Positions 1-12,344 of a stretch of DNA of 64,000 nucleotides are shown in pieces. Source of the DNA: Octopus bimaculoides. Lineage: Eukaryota. The stretch is taken from assembly GCF_001194135.2 (NCBI RefSeq), contig NC_068982.1, positions 30,288,966 through 30,352,965 on the forward strand. Reading direction: 5' to 3'. A model generated the notes under the pieces. The model made no database searches. It was given only the letters and a program-made list of their open reading frames with translations, and had not been told where the DNA came from. The position numbers and the translations under genes are program-made. Position 1 is the first letter of the stretch, and each line of letters starts with the position of its first letter.

Positions 1-122
1 ATTGCATAGTTCTCTTCAACTACAAAGCCCAGTATTTTGTTCTGTTTTACCTTTATGGTATACCTATTTTGTTTTACCTTTATGGTACACCTATTTTGTT
101 CTGTTTTACCTCCATGGTTTAC

Positions 123-176
123 CTGCATTATGTGCATTAAGTTCAGCTGATAAATAATCTGGTAATTTGCACAATT
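123..176 (-). CDS. candidate 54-nt internal exon (ELCKLPDYLSAELNAHNA in phase 1, or NCANYQIIYQLNLMHIMQ in phase 0)
   Basis: Minus strand: acceptor ttttttatacag, donor CAG|gtaaac, two of three frames open. No homology recognised. Confidence 0.3.
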
Positions 177-1610
177 CTGTATAAAAAAATTTTGTTGCTT
201 ATTCGTTGAGTATTAACTAATAACTCATTTTCTATGCTGATGTTTGAACAAAATTTAAATAATTTTATCTTTTGTTAAATTTATCTGTATTTACCTGTAA
301 GATTTTACCTATTAGATTCACTTTCAGAAAGAAATTGTATAACAAATTCAGTTAAGAACCTTTTGTTAAATTGTGTTCCAAAAATCAAATTTATATGTTG
401 ACAGATAAAAAAAATTGGAGTTATTTTATTAGACCAGTCTAAATTCACAATTATTTTAGATTTTAATTGAGACACAAAAGGGGCAACTTTTGACTAGAAA
501 TATAGTCACAAAAGTTTGATATTGTTTTGTCTCTCTGTTCTCATTTTTGTTGCTGTTGTCATTTCCAATTTTGTTGTTTTGGTATTGGTTGGCACTGGTT
601 GCAATGGTAGTAATGATAATGTTTGATTTAGCATGGAAAAGGTATATCTTTTTCAATCAGTGTTCACACCCCTCTATTTTTCCAAGAAATAAGCATTTTT
701 CTCAGAAATATTCATAAATGCTGCCTTGAAGGGTGAAAATACAAACACAGCTGAAGAGCCCTACAGAATGCCAGCAACTGTTAGAGGCGGGTACCTTCAA
801 CCTCAGTACTTGACTGGTGTTATATTTCATCAACCCCTACATAGACAAAAGCTAAGTTGACCTTGGTAAGATTTGACCCCTGAGCATAAATTGCAGAATA
901 AATATAACAAAGAACACTTTTCTGACACTAATGATTCTGTCAAAATAATTAATAATTTATGATGATGATGATGGCAATAGTAATGACGATCATAATGTTG
1001 ATGATGACAACAATGATCATAAGAATAATGATGACTATAATAATGATGATGATGATGATGATGTGTTTATCTTATTTTGAAAGAAGCTTTGCGCTTAGGG
1101 GTGTATGTGTTTTTAAACACATGATTTGCTCTTTTTTTATGCTTTCAGCGTGACTTCCTATCTTATATGAGGTGAATGGAAGTTTAGCAGTCTATTTCCT
1201 TTTTATTTTCACTTATTATCGAACAGAACAACAACTACAATGAAATATAAAAATTAAACTCTTTTCTAATCAAATCCTTAATCTGAACAGAATATGTTGC
1301 AAGACTCTTTCAAATAATGCCATCAAAGATGAAATTGAAATGCTTGGAAAAAAAAAAAAAATTAAATAAAAAGATAGGTCGTATAAAATTACGTACTGCC
1401 TTTATTTATTTTTTCCTTGTGTTGAAAATAAAGCAAATGCTTGTTTTGAATGGTAAAATATATCGAAATGAAAACTCTATTTAGCAGTATCATTCACTGT
1501 ATGTATGGCTGCCCCCAACCATCCCTAAACATACACCCAAAACATAGGAGAACAATCATGAATTTATTTCGAGAGATTTTGAGAATCATAATGATGCTAC
1601 TCTAATTTCT

Positions 1611-1643
<33 letters not shown>

Positions 1644-1677
1644 GCATTTGCCTGCTCTGTGTTCACGGCATTCTCAG

Positions 1678-1691
1678 TCTTTCTAAGACTG
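1678..1691 (+). CDS. candidate 14-nt plus-strand microexon (xLSKT)
   Basis: Long poly-T/pyrimidine tract ending ttctcag, donor CTG|gtaagt; phase-compatible with 2755-2822. Confidence 0.2.
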
Positions 1692-2123
1692 GTAAGTCAT
1701 GGTTGGCATCCCTTTTAACCCTTATGGCCCCTACTCTTACTTATGAAACTGTCCCTTCTTCTATGATTCAAACATTCTTTTTACCCCTTCACCATTATTC
1801 TGTTGAATGTGTTTCTCATTTATTCACATTGTTTTGAATTTGTCACACATTACTTTGTACCTCTGTGATTGCAATGATATGATTGTTTATTTTTAGAATG
1901 ATATTGTAGGATATGTGAGAGATGCCAAATCTGGCCTGTTTGAACATAAAACAGGTAGAATATTTCGGCCAAATATGGCCAGTTTAAATACCAAAAAGGT
2001 TAAAGTGATATAAATTAAAACTTTCCATTAAAATTTCATGTCAGTTTACATTTCAAACATCATTTTAATAATGGGAAAGTTATTTCATTAGTTTCTTCAT
2101 TATTTTCAAAATTAATTGAAGTG

Positions 2124-2456
2124 AACGATCTCGCTCGACTGGCCTTCATAGGATTTTCGAGCGAGATCGTTGCCAGTGCCCCTGGACTGGCTCTTGTGCA
2201 CGTGGCACATAAAATACACCATTTTGAGTCTGGCCGTTGCCAGTACCGCCTGACTGGCCTTCGTGTCAGTGGTACGTAAAAGCACCCACTACACTCTCTG
2301 AGTGGTTGGCGTTAGGAAGGGCATCCAACTATAAAAACTCTGCCAAATCGGATTGGAGCCTGGTGTAGCCATCTGGTTTCACCAGTCCTCAGTCAAATCG
2401 TCCAACCCATGCTAACATCGAAAGCGGACGTTAAACGATGATGATGATGATGATGA
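2124..2456 (+). mobile_element. RTE-type LINE 3' end or RTE-dependent SINE with (GAT)n tail
   Basis: Repeated gttgccagt...actggc units, then ggttggcgttaggaagggcatcc...ggacgttaaacgatgatgatgat. The same sequence recurs at 32586-32827 and, decayed, at about 16.9, 38.1, 43.4, 54.3, 62.4 and 63.6 kb. The RTE assignment is from recall of the tail type. Confidence 0.7.
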
Positions 2457-2754
2457 ACAAAAATGTGTTAACGAAAGTGTTAAATGGTTGCAGGTAAAAA
2501 TATGTGCAAGAGGGAATTCTAGGAAGAGCAAACAGTGAGGAATGGAAGCGTGTTTATGCTGTTGCAATAATTCATTAAGGTAGCTGACTGAACTGTTAGT
2601 GTGTCAGAGAAATTTCCTTGTATTCATTCCAGTCCACTTTGCTCCAATTACAGCTGGGGCTGAGGTTAACTTTGCATGTCATCATTTTTGTGGCCCACTA
2701 AATTATGTACCTGAGCTATACTTGGATTAAACCTTCTCTCATTCTCTTTGACAG

Positions 2755-2822
2755 TAGTCAAACCTGGAGAGCGAAATGGGCTCAACTGGGTCAAAAACTG
2801 CTGCAAATATACCGTCATGATG
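2755..2822 (+). CDS. candidate plus-strand exon (VVKPGERNGLNWVKNCCKYTVMM)
   Basis: GC-richer non-repetitive island; acceptor ctctttgacag, donor ATG|gtaatc. Another frame (ORF 2705-2917) is also open, so the frame is uncertain. Confidence 0.25.
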
Positions 2823-3782
2823 GTAATCCTACAATTTCATCAGGAGTTGGGGGCCCATGGCGGGGTAATTATTTCTTCTCAAGACGCTTGCTGTTCAGAA
2901 ATGTAACTACTTTCTGACATAGTATTTCATATCTTTTAGTATTTTGCATTATATTTCCTGGCCATTTAGACCATTTCACTATTATAATAATTTCAGTGTA
3001 TATTTATTGTATGTCACTATAAGGATATTAAAGATATATCCTGCTTTACGTCTCTTCAGTACAAACACTGTTTTCGATTTCCATTTCCTGTTAGAGAACC
3101 ACTATATAAGCCTAAAGAATATAGTTTTAATATTTAATGCAGTACATGAATTCTGGTTCCTCTATTTGTTTCTCTCTTTGTCTCTTAATATGTATCGTGT
3201 ACACAAATGTGTATGTTTGGATGTGTGTGTGTATGTGTGGTGTTAGTGCTAGTTGGAATGTGTCAAAGGTATTTGAGATGGAGGAAGACATTTGATGTGA
3301 ATATAATGAAAATTTGAAACAGTATTTCAAAAAGGTTGAACAAAATTTTAGGAAATATTGATTGCTGTGTAGGAGAACTGAATGTGTTGAAAAAGATATG
3401 AGAACAGGGTTCACTGTTACTTTTACATACGGAAAGCACTTAAGATGGCAAGCTAAAAGATACTGGACAAAACTTTTAGTGGCATTGTTTGTCTGTCTTT
3501 ACAATCTGAGTTCAAATTATGCCAAAGTCAGCTTTGCCTTTCATCCTTTCAAAGTCGATAAAGTAAATACCAGTTGTGTACTGCGTCAATATAATCAACT
3601 TCACTCTCTCCTAAAAAAAAAAAAAAAAAAAAACTGCTGGTCATGTGTCCCAAAATTTCAAACCATATTTATAAGCAGTTTATTAGAATGCACACATTTT
3701 TGATTATGACCAGCATTATATGTATTAAAAAATATACGAATGCACTTAATTAGAATCCATCTTCTTGACTACTCCCCCTACT

Positions 3783-3813
<31 letters not shown>

Positions 3814-4354
3814 TTCTCTCTCTCTGTCATAGAGTCACACAATCTTTTTATAGGATCTATGAGAGTATTGTGAGGAGAGCAATAAGATATTTTCACACCA
3901 GCGACCCAGCCCAGATGTTTGCAACAAAGTCAATTCCACTAATCTCACTCTTATTACATCTGAAAAATGGAAAAAAAATATATATGTATAAAAAAACACA
4001 CACACGAAAAGTAGGTATGCACTATGGCTGAATGGAGGATGATGAATACAGCTGAAACCTGTTTAATCAAAGGCCTGATTGATCGGGACTGAACTGGGAT
4101 TGAAGAACAACAACTATAGCACTTTATTATTAAACTGCTAATTTGTGTACAACACAGTTCCTCATGTGACTGCGTCAGTCAGCCAGTTCTGAAATGCATG
4201 ATATCGGAAATCTTAATAACCTTGTTTACCTTCATTTTGAAGGAGCCATGAGCACTTTAATGTAATTGGGGAAATTAGTTTTTTTCTATCATTCATTAGT
4301 GTTTTCTAACAGAATCATTACTCCACCAAGGGCCAGACATGTTATCTCTGAAAT

Positions 4355-4740
4355 TTGTTGTTGGCACTCCGTCGCTTACGACGTCGAGGGTTCCAGTTGA
4401 TCCGATCAACGGAACAGCCTGCTCGTGAAATTAACGTGCAAGTGGCTGAGCACTCCACAGACACGTGTACCCTTAACGTAGTTCTCGGGGGATATTCAGC
4501 GTGACACAGTGTGACAAGGCTGACCCTTTGAAATACAGGTACAACAGAAACAGGAAGAAAGAGTGAGAGAAAGTTGTGGTGGAAGAGTACAGCAGGGTTC
4601 ACCACCATCCCCTGCCGGAGCCCCGTGGAGCTTTAGGTGTTTTCGCTCAATAAACACTCACAACGCCCTGTCTGAGAATCGAAACCGCGATCCTATGACC
4701 GCGAGTCGCTGCCCTAGCCACTGGGCCATTGTGCCTCCAC
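4355..4740 (-). mobile_element. full-length tRNA-derived SINE (family E)
   Basis: Minus head gtggaggcacaatggcccagtggctagggc...ggtttcgattctc carries A- and B-box-like motifs. Body shared with 35122-35590 (-) and about 43620-43838 (+). Confidence 0.8.
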
Positions 4741-5140
4741 AAACTCTGAAATAATGAGAGGCAAACATGGCATGAGGCAAACACGAGAGGCAAATATGAC
4801 ATTCTTGCATGTTTACAACTCTCAATGTATGCACATAAACATGCATACATTTAGAGTACACATGCTTGTATCTACCCCATGGTCCACTACTGTCCTTTGA
4901 TGTTTGCTCATCTGTTTTGGGGCTGAATGTCCTCTTTGGATAAATGCTCATAGCTTTAGCTGCTGCTGCTGCTGGTGTGATTCTTGACAAAACTTTTCTG
5001 CACTTGTCCCCGTTCCCAATCAAAATACAATACAAAACCAAGGCGTATGGAAGAAATGAGCTCAAACCTATTACAGGCATATTCTACAGTGAGAAAAGTG
5101 GTTATGTTCAAAACCAAGTTGACAATCATTGCACCCCGAT

Positions 5141-5461
5141 CTCTCTCTCTCTCTCTGTCTTTCACATGTACTCAGTCTCCCTCTCTCTGTCTCACACACA
5201 CACACACACACACTCCTCTTTCTCATATACACACACTTTCCTCTCTCTCTCTCTATCTCTTCCTCTCTCTCTATCTCTTCCTCTCTCTCTATCTCTTCCT
5301 CTCTCTCTCTCTTACATGCACACACTTTTTCCCTCCCTCTCTCTCACACGCACACTCTCTTTGTCTCTTCCTCTCTCACATACACACGTTCTCTCACCCT
5401 CTCTCCCTCTCTCCCTCTCCCTCACATACAATCTCCCTCCCTCTCTCTACCCTCTCTTCAC

Positions 5462-5513
<52 letters not shown>

Positions 5514-5520
5514 TGCACAC
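5141..5520. repeat. compound (CT)n/(CA)n microsatellite tract
   Basis: Seen directly; it generates the spurious SLSL/THTH ORFs in the track. Confidence 0.95.
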
Positions 5521-5574
5521 TTTGACATGTAATTATGTGCATATGCATTGCTCAATGAACATTTGTGTTTGCAG

Positions 5575-5652
5575 AGAAGTAAAACTGTTTCTAGCACAAA
5601 GTTATGTGGATGTATATCATTAGAGGCTGAATCCTTTTCAACCACGGATTGA
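5575..5652 (+). CDS. candidate plus-strand terminal exon (RSKTVSSTKLCGCISLEAESFSTTD*)
   Basis: Acceptor tttgtgtttgcag, open to TGA at 5650-5652, AATAAA at 5743-5748; phase 0 matches the donor at 2822. Confidence 0.25.
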   Translation, partial: RSKTVSSTKLCGCISLEAESFSTTD

Positions 5653-6049
5653 AGTTTCATGTTTCTTATTATTCAGATAATTCAAATTGTTTGAATAATC
5701 TGCAAGCTGAAACTCTGAGTTATTCAAGGAGCCTCAGTTACTAATAAAACATATGTACATACACAGATAGAAATACAAACATACATGTATGTATATGTAT
5801 GTATATCTGTGTGTGTTTTGAACTATCTAGCATATTGTAATTGCACTCCAGGTGCATTCAAACAGTAATGTTCAATATTTAATGTTTGTATGCATGGGCA
5901 AAGAAACTAGATATTTAACACATAATGACAAATGTTAACAGCCATTGTCAATGAGAACTCCCAGATTAGGAGCAAACATTTTATCTTCCTGAAATATATA
6001 TATACATATATATATAAACATACATTCATTCATTCATTCATACATACAT

Positions 6050-6084
<35 letters not shown>

Positions 6085-6416
6085 GTGTTACTGTAATTTT
6101 AGTGAAACATTACCATTATCTTATGGCTTATGGTAAATATGATGGTGAAAAGTTGATAGCTTAGCAAATGAAAGGATAGAGAATGAAAAAAAAAATGCAA
6201 AGTAAAAATGTGGGTGGTAGAAAAGGTGGGAAAGAAAAACAGCTAAAACTTATAAAACAGACGAAGAAAAATAAGCGCAATTTGACAAGCCCAATAAACA
6301 TACATACACACAGTCCTTTTGAATATCATGTAAAAAGCAATATGTGAAGTAGGAAAGTTCTTAAAGAATCTGATTCCTTTACATCTAATAACATACATGC
6401 ACACATATCGATATAC

Positions 6417-6470
<54 letters not shown>

Positions 6471-8224
6471 GTATATGCATACATATGTAAGATTGTATGT
6501 ATATCACTTCTTGATAAAAGAGATATCTTAAATAGATAGACTCCATTAAGACAGCTATTCTTACGGATTAAATAACTGTATCCCTTGAAAGATTATAATA
6601 AAAATCTCTAATTTTTACACCGAGTCTGAAATAGCAGCACACAATGTAAGTGGAAATGACAGCAGAGATTTTTTTTTTTTTAATGTTTGTAGTATTTGTG
6701 CTAATTTTGCCGCATCAAGCCATTAACAGTGGTAGACTTTACACACTCCCCACCCACCATCCCAAATGCACAACACACACACACATACACGTTCCAGGTT
6801 TTGTTTCATTGTGTGAGTGGGTATTTAACAATACTTTTTCCATCCACACCCTGCTCACCGTCATTGAGAATCATCTTCCATTTTATCCTACTTGTCAATT
6901 TTTTTTATCATTATCATCATCATTATTATCATTATTATTATTACGTGTGTATTGTTGTAATTTTGGTGTTTATTTATTTCTTTATTTATGTATTTCTTTA
7001 TTTATTTATCTATTTGTTTATTTCTTCCTAAGTATTCATTTCATTGCATGAATCTACATTTTTGACTGATAGTAGCCTTTGTGGGCAATAAGACGTGTGT
7101 CTGTTAACAACTTCAATTTCCCATTTCTTGCTGAGATACCTTGAAGAATAGACATAGTTTTGCTCTAAAAAAAATAGTAATAATAAAATAAAAAAACACT
7201 AAACAAACAAGCAAAAAAAAAAAAAAAATCCATTAGGAAATTCAAAGGATAAACTACTACGCTATACACTCTTTGAAAAGCAGAAGTCACTCCTCCTCTT
7301 CCTGCTACTTCATATTCTATTGTATTATCACATAGAGCAATGTTGTTGTTTTTTTTTTGTTTTTGTGATTCCTGTAGTGCTATAAATGAACTACATAGAA
7401 TTACTTTCATATCTGTCCTCTGCTTCTGATCCATAATTAGCCAATATAAAAGTGAAATGTTTTCTCTTCTAAAAGGGACAATATATTCGGTTTCTGTTTG
7501 GCTGGTTTACGTCCATTTCTACACCCACCATCACCTCTAGCACCACCACCACCACCACTGTTAATGTGATTTCTGCGAATAGAGTACATATTGCAGGGAG
7601 TTATTGTTTATGCAACCAGGTACCCAGATACCCTTTTTGATGCCAACTCTTGCCCGTTTTTTATTTATTTATTCATTCATTTTCATGTAAAGGATTTCTT
7701 GTATTCAACTTGCCATTGTTTTTTTTCTGTTTTTTTTTTCTTTTTCTGTTTGAAAGCCACTGTTTCTGATTCAATGCTATTCATGTAAAGTGCTGAACGT
7801 AAACAAACACGGTGACAAACACACAAACACACACACACGCGCGCATGCACCCACACGCACGCATGCACCCACACACACACATGGAGTGTATGTGAATAGA
7901 TGACATTGGTCCATAAAGTTTCCATGTACCAAATCCACTAAGTAGACATGGCTAGTCAGAGGCTGCAGTAGAAAACATTAATTTGAGATAGGGTATAGTG
8001 AGGTAGAGCTCAAAACAACTCGATAATACCTGGCTGCATGGTAAGAAGCCCTTGTTGCGACCATATTGCTTCAGGTTCAATCTAACTTCCCAGTACTTTG
8101 GGGCAAGTACCTTTTCTTCTACTATATATTTTTGTCAACTTGTGCTTTGTAAGTGATTTAGGTCGATGGAAACTGTACATCATGTGTTTGTCCCTACCCA
8201 CTCTTTGACAACTGCTGTTGGTTT

Positions 8225-8500
8225 AACTATTCTGTAGCCTGTGGATAAGAGCACGGTCTACTAACCCTTGGATTCTGAGTTCAATCCCAGGTAGGGATGT
8301 GGGAAATAATATTAAGAGAAAAATAACATCAGCAGAAAAGAATACTTTAGGAATGAGAACAGAGTACCCCATTAGTCAAATAAAGGGTTGGATTCGAAAA
8401 TTCCACCAGAACACCTGATGCAGGCTGGAGAATACATCAGCCAAAACGTTGTGGTAACAACAAACAAGGTGAGGACACATATCCATGCATTGTAAATAAC
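8225..8500 (+). mobile_element. tRNA-headed SINE carrying a hammerhead ribozyme motif, copy 1 (retains the head)
   Basis: A-box-like tagcctgtggataag and B-box gagttcaatccc; body ttaggaatgagaac...ttcgaaaatt...acacctgatg; tail tgtaaataa. 11-bp TSD gctgttggttt at 8214-8224 and 8501-8511. Nested in a decayed family A SINE. Confidence 0.8.
8410..8455 (+). ncRNA. minimal type I hammerhead ribozyme motif, degenerate (A9>C, G12>A)
   Basis: aacac CTGATGc a GGCTG gagaatacat CAGCC aAAA CGTT gtggt; stem II intact, core mutated. Confidence 0.7.
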
Positions 8501-9060
8501 GCTGTTGGTTTGTTTATGTTCCCGTAAGTTGGTCGTTCAGATAAAGAGACCAATAAAGTATCAGTATCAGTCTTAAAACCCTAAGTACTGCAGTTGATTT
8601 GTTGAAGGCTGTGCCCCCACCATGACTTCAGTCCAGTGGCTGAAATGACTGAAAGGTAAATGATAAAAGATATTCTAGAACTCAGTCTTAATATCTGACA
8701 CCTACCTCAAAATGTGAGTTGTAATTTCTTTTATATCAACCAATTCAAGACTGTCTCTCTGGTTCTATAATACAAAATCTCTCAGTTTGAAGTCTCCATA
8801 ATTAAATTAACACTTTTCATTTAAATTATCACATAATTTCATGTAAGAACCACTTTGCTATATAATGTTTCAAACACCAGCTTAATAATTACAAGCATAG
8901 TAAATCTTTCCAAATTATTGATTATTTTCTCAATTAATTGAAACATAGACACTGTATTTCATTAGAAATATGGCCTTGAAAATGTTACATTGAAATTAAC
9001 CACCGTGTCGTAATGTATTTTTAAAAAATGGAAGAAAAAATATGAAAAAAAAAATTATTA

Positions 9061-9230
9061 TTATTTGTTCAAAAAAGATGCAGTTACAGTCATAGACTGG
9101 TAGACAGGAAAATCATGTGTTTCTGAGGTTCCAAGGTTGACTGTAAGGGATTGCTTTTCTATTCTGTTTGGAGAATGCTTTGGAATAAGAGAAGAAGGGT
9201 GAAAGGTGGATGTGCCTAGGGTGGAAAAGG
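9061..9230 (-). CDS. candidate terminal coding exon of minus-strand gene (AFSTLGTSTFHPSSLIPKHSPNRIEKQSLTVNLGTSETHDFPVYQSMTVTASFLNK*)
   Basis: Acceptor ttatttctgtag; phase 1 matches the upstream exon across a 92-nt GT-AG intron (9231-9322); TAA at 9063-9061. Confidence 0.45.
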
Positions 9231-9322
9231 CTACAGAAATAACCTATTATTGGTTATGAAGCCAGAGAGAGGAGTTAAGCTTGAAGGTGATGATGAGGAA
9301 TGATTTGGCCATCTCTGCTCAC

Positions 9323-9401
9323 CCACCAATGACAGTGTGTTACAGTTCAGGGTTGAAATACCTGATGATTGTTGGATACTGTCTGATGGCGGCAGTTCCT
9401 C
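9323..9401 (-). CDS. candidate exon (EELPPSDSIQQSSGISTLNCNTLSLV)
   Basis: Acceptor ctttgactag, donor GTGG|gtgagc; only the phase-0 frame is open; GC-richer than its flanks. Confidence 0.5.
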
Positions 9402-10882
9402 CTAGTCAAAGCTACATTCACCGTTGGTGAATGAAGAAGAAGCATCTTTTAAATATTATTGAAATCATTATCTTGAAGTTATATTTTCTGAATGATGTTG
9501 TTATGCAGAATATGGAAACAGTTAAACAGTTTAGTAATCTGCTTTATAAAAGGTGAAAATGCAAATAGAAATCTTTCTTTAACAGCATGTATGTTTCAGT
9601 TTGTTCTCAAACTATAAGTATTTCAGTTATTAATAATACTTATAAGGTCCTTACGAACAGAAGTTCAGAAAAGACAAATGTTTGCCCACTGACAGTCTTA
9701 CACCATCCATTCGTATGATAAGGATATTAATTTAGATATGAAGAAGGTATTACCAGTTGCCTTAGGCAGGGAAATTTTGAAAAGGTCAAGTGGCTCGGTG
9801 ATGTGCAGAAGAGTAGAAGCTTTTAATTAAATATAGATGCTACAAAGAGAAGTAGTATAATTAGCTATTAACTAAGCATTATGCAATCTATCCAAGTGAA
9901 AATCTACATTCTTTACTTTCTTCTGTTGATGTGAATTTGTCACAATATCTTTTTGTTATCTCTTATGTTTTATCTGATTCAGTAATTGGATAGCAGCCAT
10001 GGTGGGTCACTGCCTCGAAAGGTTTAACTGGAAAATTAATTGTAGTACTTATATTTAAATCTGATACTTAATACTGTTGCATAAAATCAACAGTTATTAT
10101 GCAATGATGGAGAAGGAACACACACACACACACATCTTAAATTAAACTTTCCCCGTTGTGTTGTGCACTGGACTCAGAACTATGTAACTGCAAACCAAGC
10201 TTCTTAACCACTGATGAGAGAGGGACACACACACGAATATAAAATGGGCTTCCCACAGTTTCCGCCTACCGAATTTATTCACAAGGCATTCATTGGCCCA
10301 GGTCTAAAGTTGAAAATACTTTCCCCATTGTGTTGTATGCTGGGACTGAACTGAAAACCATGTAATTGCAAGCCAAACTTCTGAACATCAGCCATCAGTT
10401 TATCTATCATTGGGGTATTAGTCATTCAAGCACTTCTGGCCAAACATGCTACATGGAATGAGATAAACGTAAGTTTACCTCAAAAATGACAAACAGAAAC
10501 AGCTGTAAATGTTATCTTAACCATAATTAAACTATGATCATTCAATACTAATGATCAACTTCTAATTGTTACATGTTGCTCCATTTCTTCTCTTCCCTTA
10601 TATATATNNNNNNNNNNNNNNNNNNNNNNNNNNNNNNAAACAATTATAAATAAGGGTAAAAGAAAGACATTTTCTATGCCAATATTTTTCACTATAGTGA
10701 AAAATATTGTATGTGGTTAGATGATCTAAAGTCTATTTTTCAGCATATCGGCATAATTTTGTTTTTCTTTTGCCCTTATTTATGATTGTTTATAATTTTC
10801 ACCTTAAAAGGTATTTTAATATGCTGGCCATTGATAAATTTTTTTTTTACAAATTTTTTATCCTTATATTAGAAGTATATAT

Positions 10883-11646
10883 ATAGGTGCAGACGTGACT
10901 GTGTGGTAAGTAGCTTACTTCCTGACCACATGGTTCCAGACTCAGTCCCACTGCATGGTACCTTGGACAAGTGTCTTCTAGTATAGCCTTGGGCTGACCA
11001 AAACCTTGTGAGTGAATTTGGTAGACGGGAACTGAAAGAAGCCTGTCGTATACATACATACACATATATACATGTGTGTGTGTGTATATATACATGTGTG
11101 TGTGAAGGCGCATGGCTCAGTGGTTATAGCATCGAGCTTACGATCGTGTGGTTGTGAGTTCGAATCCCGGACCGGACTGTGTGTTGTGTTCTTGAGCAAG
11201 ACACTTTATTTCACGTTGCTCCAGTTCACTCAGCTGTAGAAATGAGTTGCGACGTCACAGGTGCCAAGCTGTATCGGCCTTTGCCTTTCCTTTGGATAAC
11301 ACTGGTGGCGTGGAGAGGGGAGGCCGGTATGCATAGGCGACTGCTGGTCTTCCATAAACAAGCTTGCCCTAACTTGTGCCTGAGAGGTAACTTTCTAGGT
11401 GCAATCCCATGGTCAGTCATGAATGAAGGGGGTCTCAGCATGTATGTCTGTGTTTGTCCCTCCACCATCGCTTGACAACCAGTGTTGGTGTGTTTATGCC
11501 CTGTAACTTAGCGGTTCGGCAAGAGAGGCCAATAGAATAAGCACTAGGCTTACAAAGAATAAGTCCTGGGTCGATTTGTTTGACTAAAGGCAGTACTCCA
11601 ACATGGCCGCAGTCAAATGACTAAAACAAGTAAAAGAATAAAAAAA
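10883..11646 (+). mobile_element. SINE family A (tRNA-like head, CORE-like ccttgggcaagtgtctt box, central TA/CA microsatellite, aaaagag tail), interrupted by a family B SINE
   Basis: Head and tail align with the copies at 33276-33592, 34675-35063, 38820-39223 and 56862-57252. Confidence 0.85.
11104..11436 (+). mobile_element. tRNA-derived SINE family B nested in the family A microsatellite
   Basis: Head ggcgcatggctcagtggtt...gagttcgaatccc, then tgtgttgtgttcttgagcaagacact. Second copy at 34338-34670. Confidence 0.85.
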
Positions 11647-12344
11647 TGTGTGTGTCTGTGTGTGCGTGTGTGGCAAGTTTCCTTGCAGTTTCTCACCACA
11701 AAATTCCACACTGAAAGTTGTTACAGTAGAATACGTTTGCTTGAAGTGTGATTGGACTGAATTCAAATCCACGTTTTTGCAAACCAAAATTTATTCACCA
11801 CAGATATTTTTCAAGCGCTCAGTGATATTTGTATGTTGTGTGCTGGTATTCTAATATTCTATGATGATATTTTGTTTCCTGATATACATTTCTGACCACC
11901 CCGCTTCTTCTACAAGATGTGTGGTGCTGAGTTTTAATGGTATATATTGTTTATTTTAAAAGTTTTCCGAACATGTCTGTTCATAATGATTTTTTGAATC
12001 CACTGTTATTAATTTTCATTTCACTCAAGAACTGTTAATATGCTTCGAAATAGAAATAATATTATTTTCTATTAAATACTTTTGTTTACATTTTGTCATC
12101 CCCCCCCCCCCACCACCACACTTGTTTTTTCATTTTTTTTCTTTTCTTTTTTTTATTTCATTATCACTATTAAACAAATTTTTTTTTCTTTATATCTGCT
12201 GCATTTACACATCATAAGCCAGATGTCATCCAGACACTGGAGGTAGATAACGGATGTCATGTTCGTAATACATTTGATGATTATATGTTATTATCATCAT
12301 CATCATCATCATTATTATTCAGTAGTTTTATTTTTATAGCATGC

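Noticed and set aside
30-116. About 30-bp unit repeated three times with short variable segments (CRISPR-like at a glance)
   Set aside because: A simple degenerate tandem duplication in eukaryotic DNA; no true spacers or cas genes.
4944-5623. Overlapping ORFs of 164-193 aa
   Set aside because: Open only because (CT)n/(CA)n microsatellites lack stops; products are SLSL/THTH runs.
3127-6620. Additional minus-strand splice-like segments (3431-3452, about 5.99, 6.11-6.16 and 6.55-6.62 kb)
   Set aside because: Good-looking AG/GT pairs are frequent in this composition, and frames were ambiguous or closed by stops; they could not be placed in a consistent model.
9362-9368. CTGATGA motif (also on minus near 2838)
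   Set aside because: No stem II followed by GAAA; not a hammerhead.
11104-11180. tRNA-like sequences at SINE heads (also 4670-4740, 8231-8295, 38820-38890)
   Set aside because: They have A/B boxes but no closed cloverleaf and continue into SINE bodies; not tRNA genes.
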